This document shows, piece by piece, positions 63,578 through 64,000 of a DNA stretch of 64,000 nt. Position numbers and translations under genes: made by a program. The stretch is from Halorutilales archaeon Cl-col2-1 (GTDB taxonomy: Archaea; Halobacteriota; Halobacteria; Halobacteriales; Afararchaeaceae). Position 1 is the stretch's first letter. Every line of letters begins with the position of its first letter. The notes under the pieces are model-generated. The model was not told the DNA's origin. It did not search any database and saw only the letters and a list, made by a program, of their open reading frames with translations. Location: positions 1,184,001 through 1,248,000 of the forward strand of contig CP169074.1 in the NCBI GenBank assembly GCA_041891055.1, written 5' to 3'.

Positions 63578-63793
63578 CTAAGTCTCTTTTCTAAGAGCTT
63601 TACGTAGTAGGTTGACAAGGAAGACTCCGATGTAAGAGACTGCGAGAGACGTAGTCAGGCTGTTTCTGCCCAAGACTCCTATGACGACAACCAAGACGGG
63701 AGCCACGAGTATAAGGGAGTCGAAGACCCTGTCGTCGGCTCCCATCTCGTAGACAGTCCGGAGAACCGGGATTCGGTCTATGTCTATGTCCAT
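63578..63793 (-). CDS. Small 2-TM protein between trkH and trkA
   Basis: GADDRVFDSL...LGRN; two hydrophobic segments. Confidence 0.65.
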   Translation of the reverse strand: MDIDIDRIPVLRTVYEMGADDRVFDSLILVAPVLVVVIGVLGRNSLTTSLAVSYIGVFLVNLLRKALRKET

Positions 63794-63833
63794 GTCTCAC
63801 CACTCCACCTCGATCTACATCTCGGTCTTATAC

Positions 63834-64000
63834 TCATACCTCGAATCCTCCCGTGATGCTCTTGAAGACGACGAGAACTGGTATTATCTCCAGGCGTCCT
63901 ATCCACATGTTGAGGAGGAAGAAGCTCTTGGCTACGGTCGACATCTCGGGTGACGTGATACCCGCCGAGAGACCGACGTTGCCCTGTGCGCTCGCGACCT
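63834..64000 (-). CDS. trkH: TrkH potassium uptake permease, 3' end (partial)
   Basis: Hand translation VASAQGNVGLSAG...MWIGRLEIIPV...EV*. Confidence 0.9.
   Translation of the reverse strand, partial: VASAQGNVGLSAGITSPEMSTVAKSFFLLNMWIGRLEIIPVLVVFKSITGGFEV

Noticed and set aside
484-63803. Many overlapping Ser/Arg-rich or Val/Leu-rich ORFs in the track
   Set aside because: Antisense or alternate-frame shadows of real acidic-protein genes, expected from GAC/GAG-rich codon usage.

Overview
Chromosomal segment of an extremely halophilic archaeon (class Halobacteria). This is inferred from the very acidic proteins, TAT/PGF-CTERM signals and haloarchaeal gene orders; the GC content is lower than in Halobacterium or Haloferax by eye. 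Most of the window is housekeeping: pgi end, a pet (cytochrome b/subunit IV + halocyanin) cluster, methylmalonyl-CoA mutase/epimerase, elp3-priS-GINS, aroK-chorismate mutase, purM, hpt-IMPase-NAD kinase, sdhCDBA, dph2, ncsA, cdrL-cdrS-ftsZ2, rpl21e-rpoF-DUF655-rsmA-hemK, rpoL, deoC, trkHA, and tRNA-Leu/Tyr/Asp. Six items stand out. (1) A family of 47-49 bp double-hairpin mini-elements with fixed geometry, covarying stems and 2-bp flanking duplications; two copies add exactly 17 codons in frame to housekeeping genes (a phosphodiesterase and deoC), and others sit inside IS200/IS605 ends. (2) A 956-aa dehydratase-reductase resembling propionyl-CoA synthase without its ligase domain. (3) An AT-rich island between ncsA and ftsZ2 with duplicated promoters, TAT-exported halocin-like precursor(s) and immunity-like membrane proteins. 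(4) An ORF-less IS605-type cassette that may encode only an omegaRNA. (5) Fold-back duplications of tRNA 3' ends that share a loop motif. (6) A Fic/Doc gene with an unannotated convergent antitoxin candidate. No database searches were run; family calls come from motif recognition and recall.
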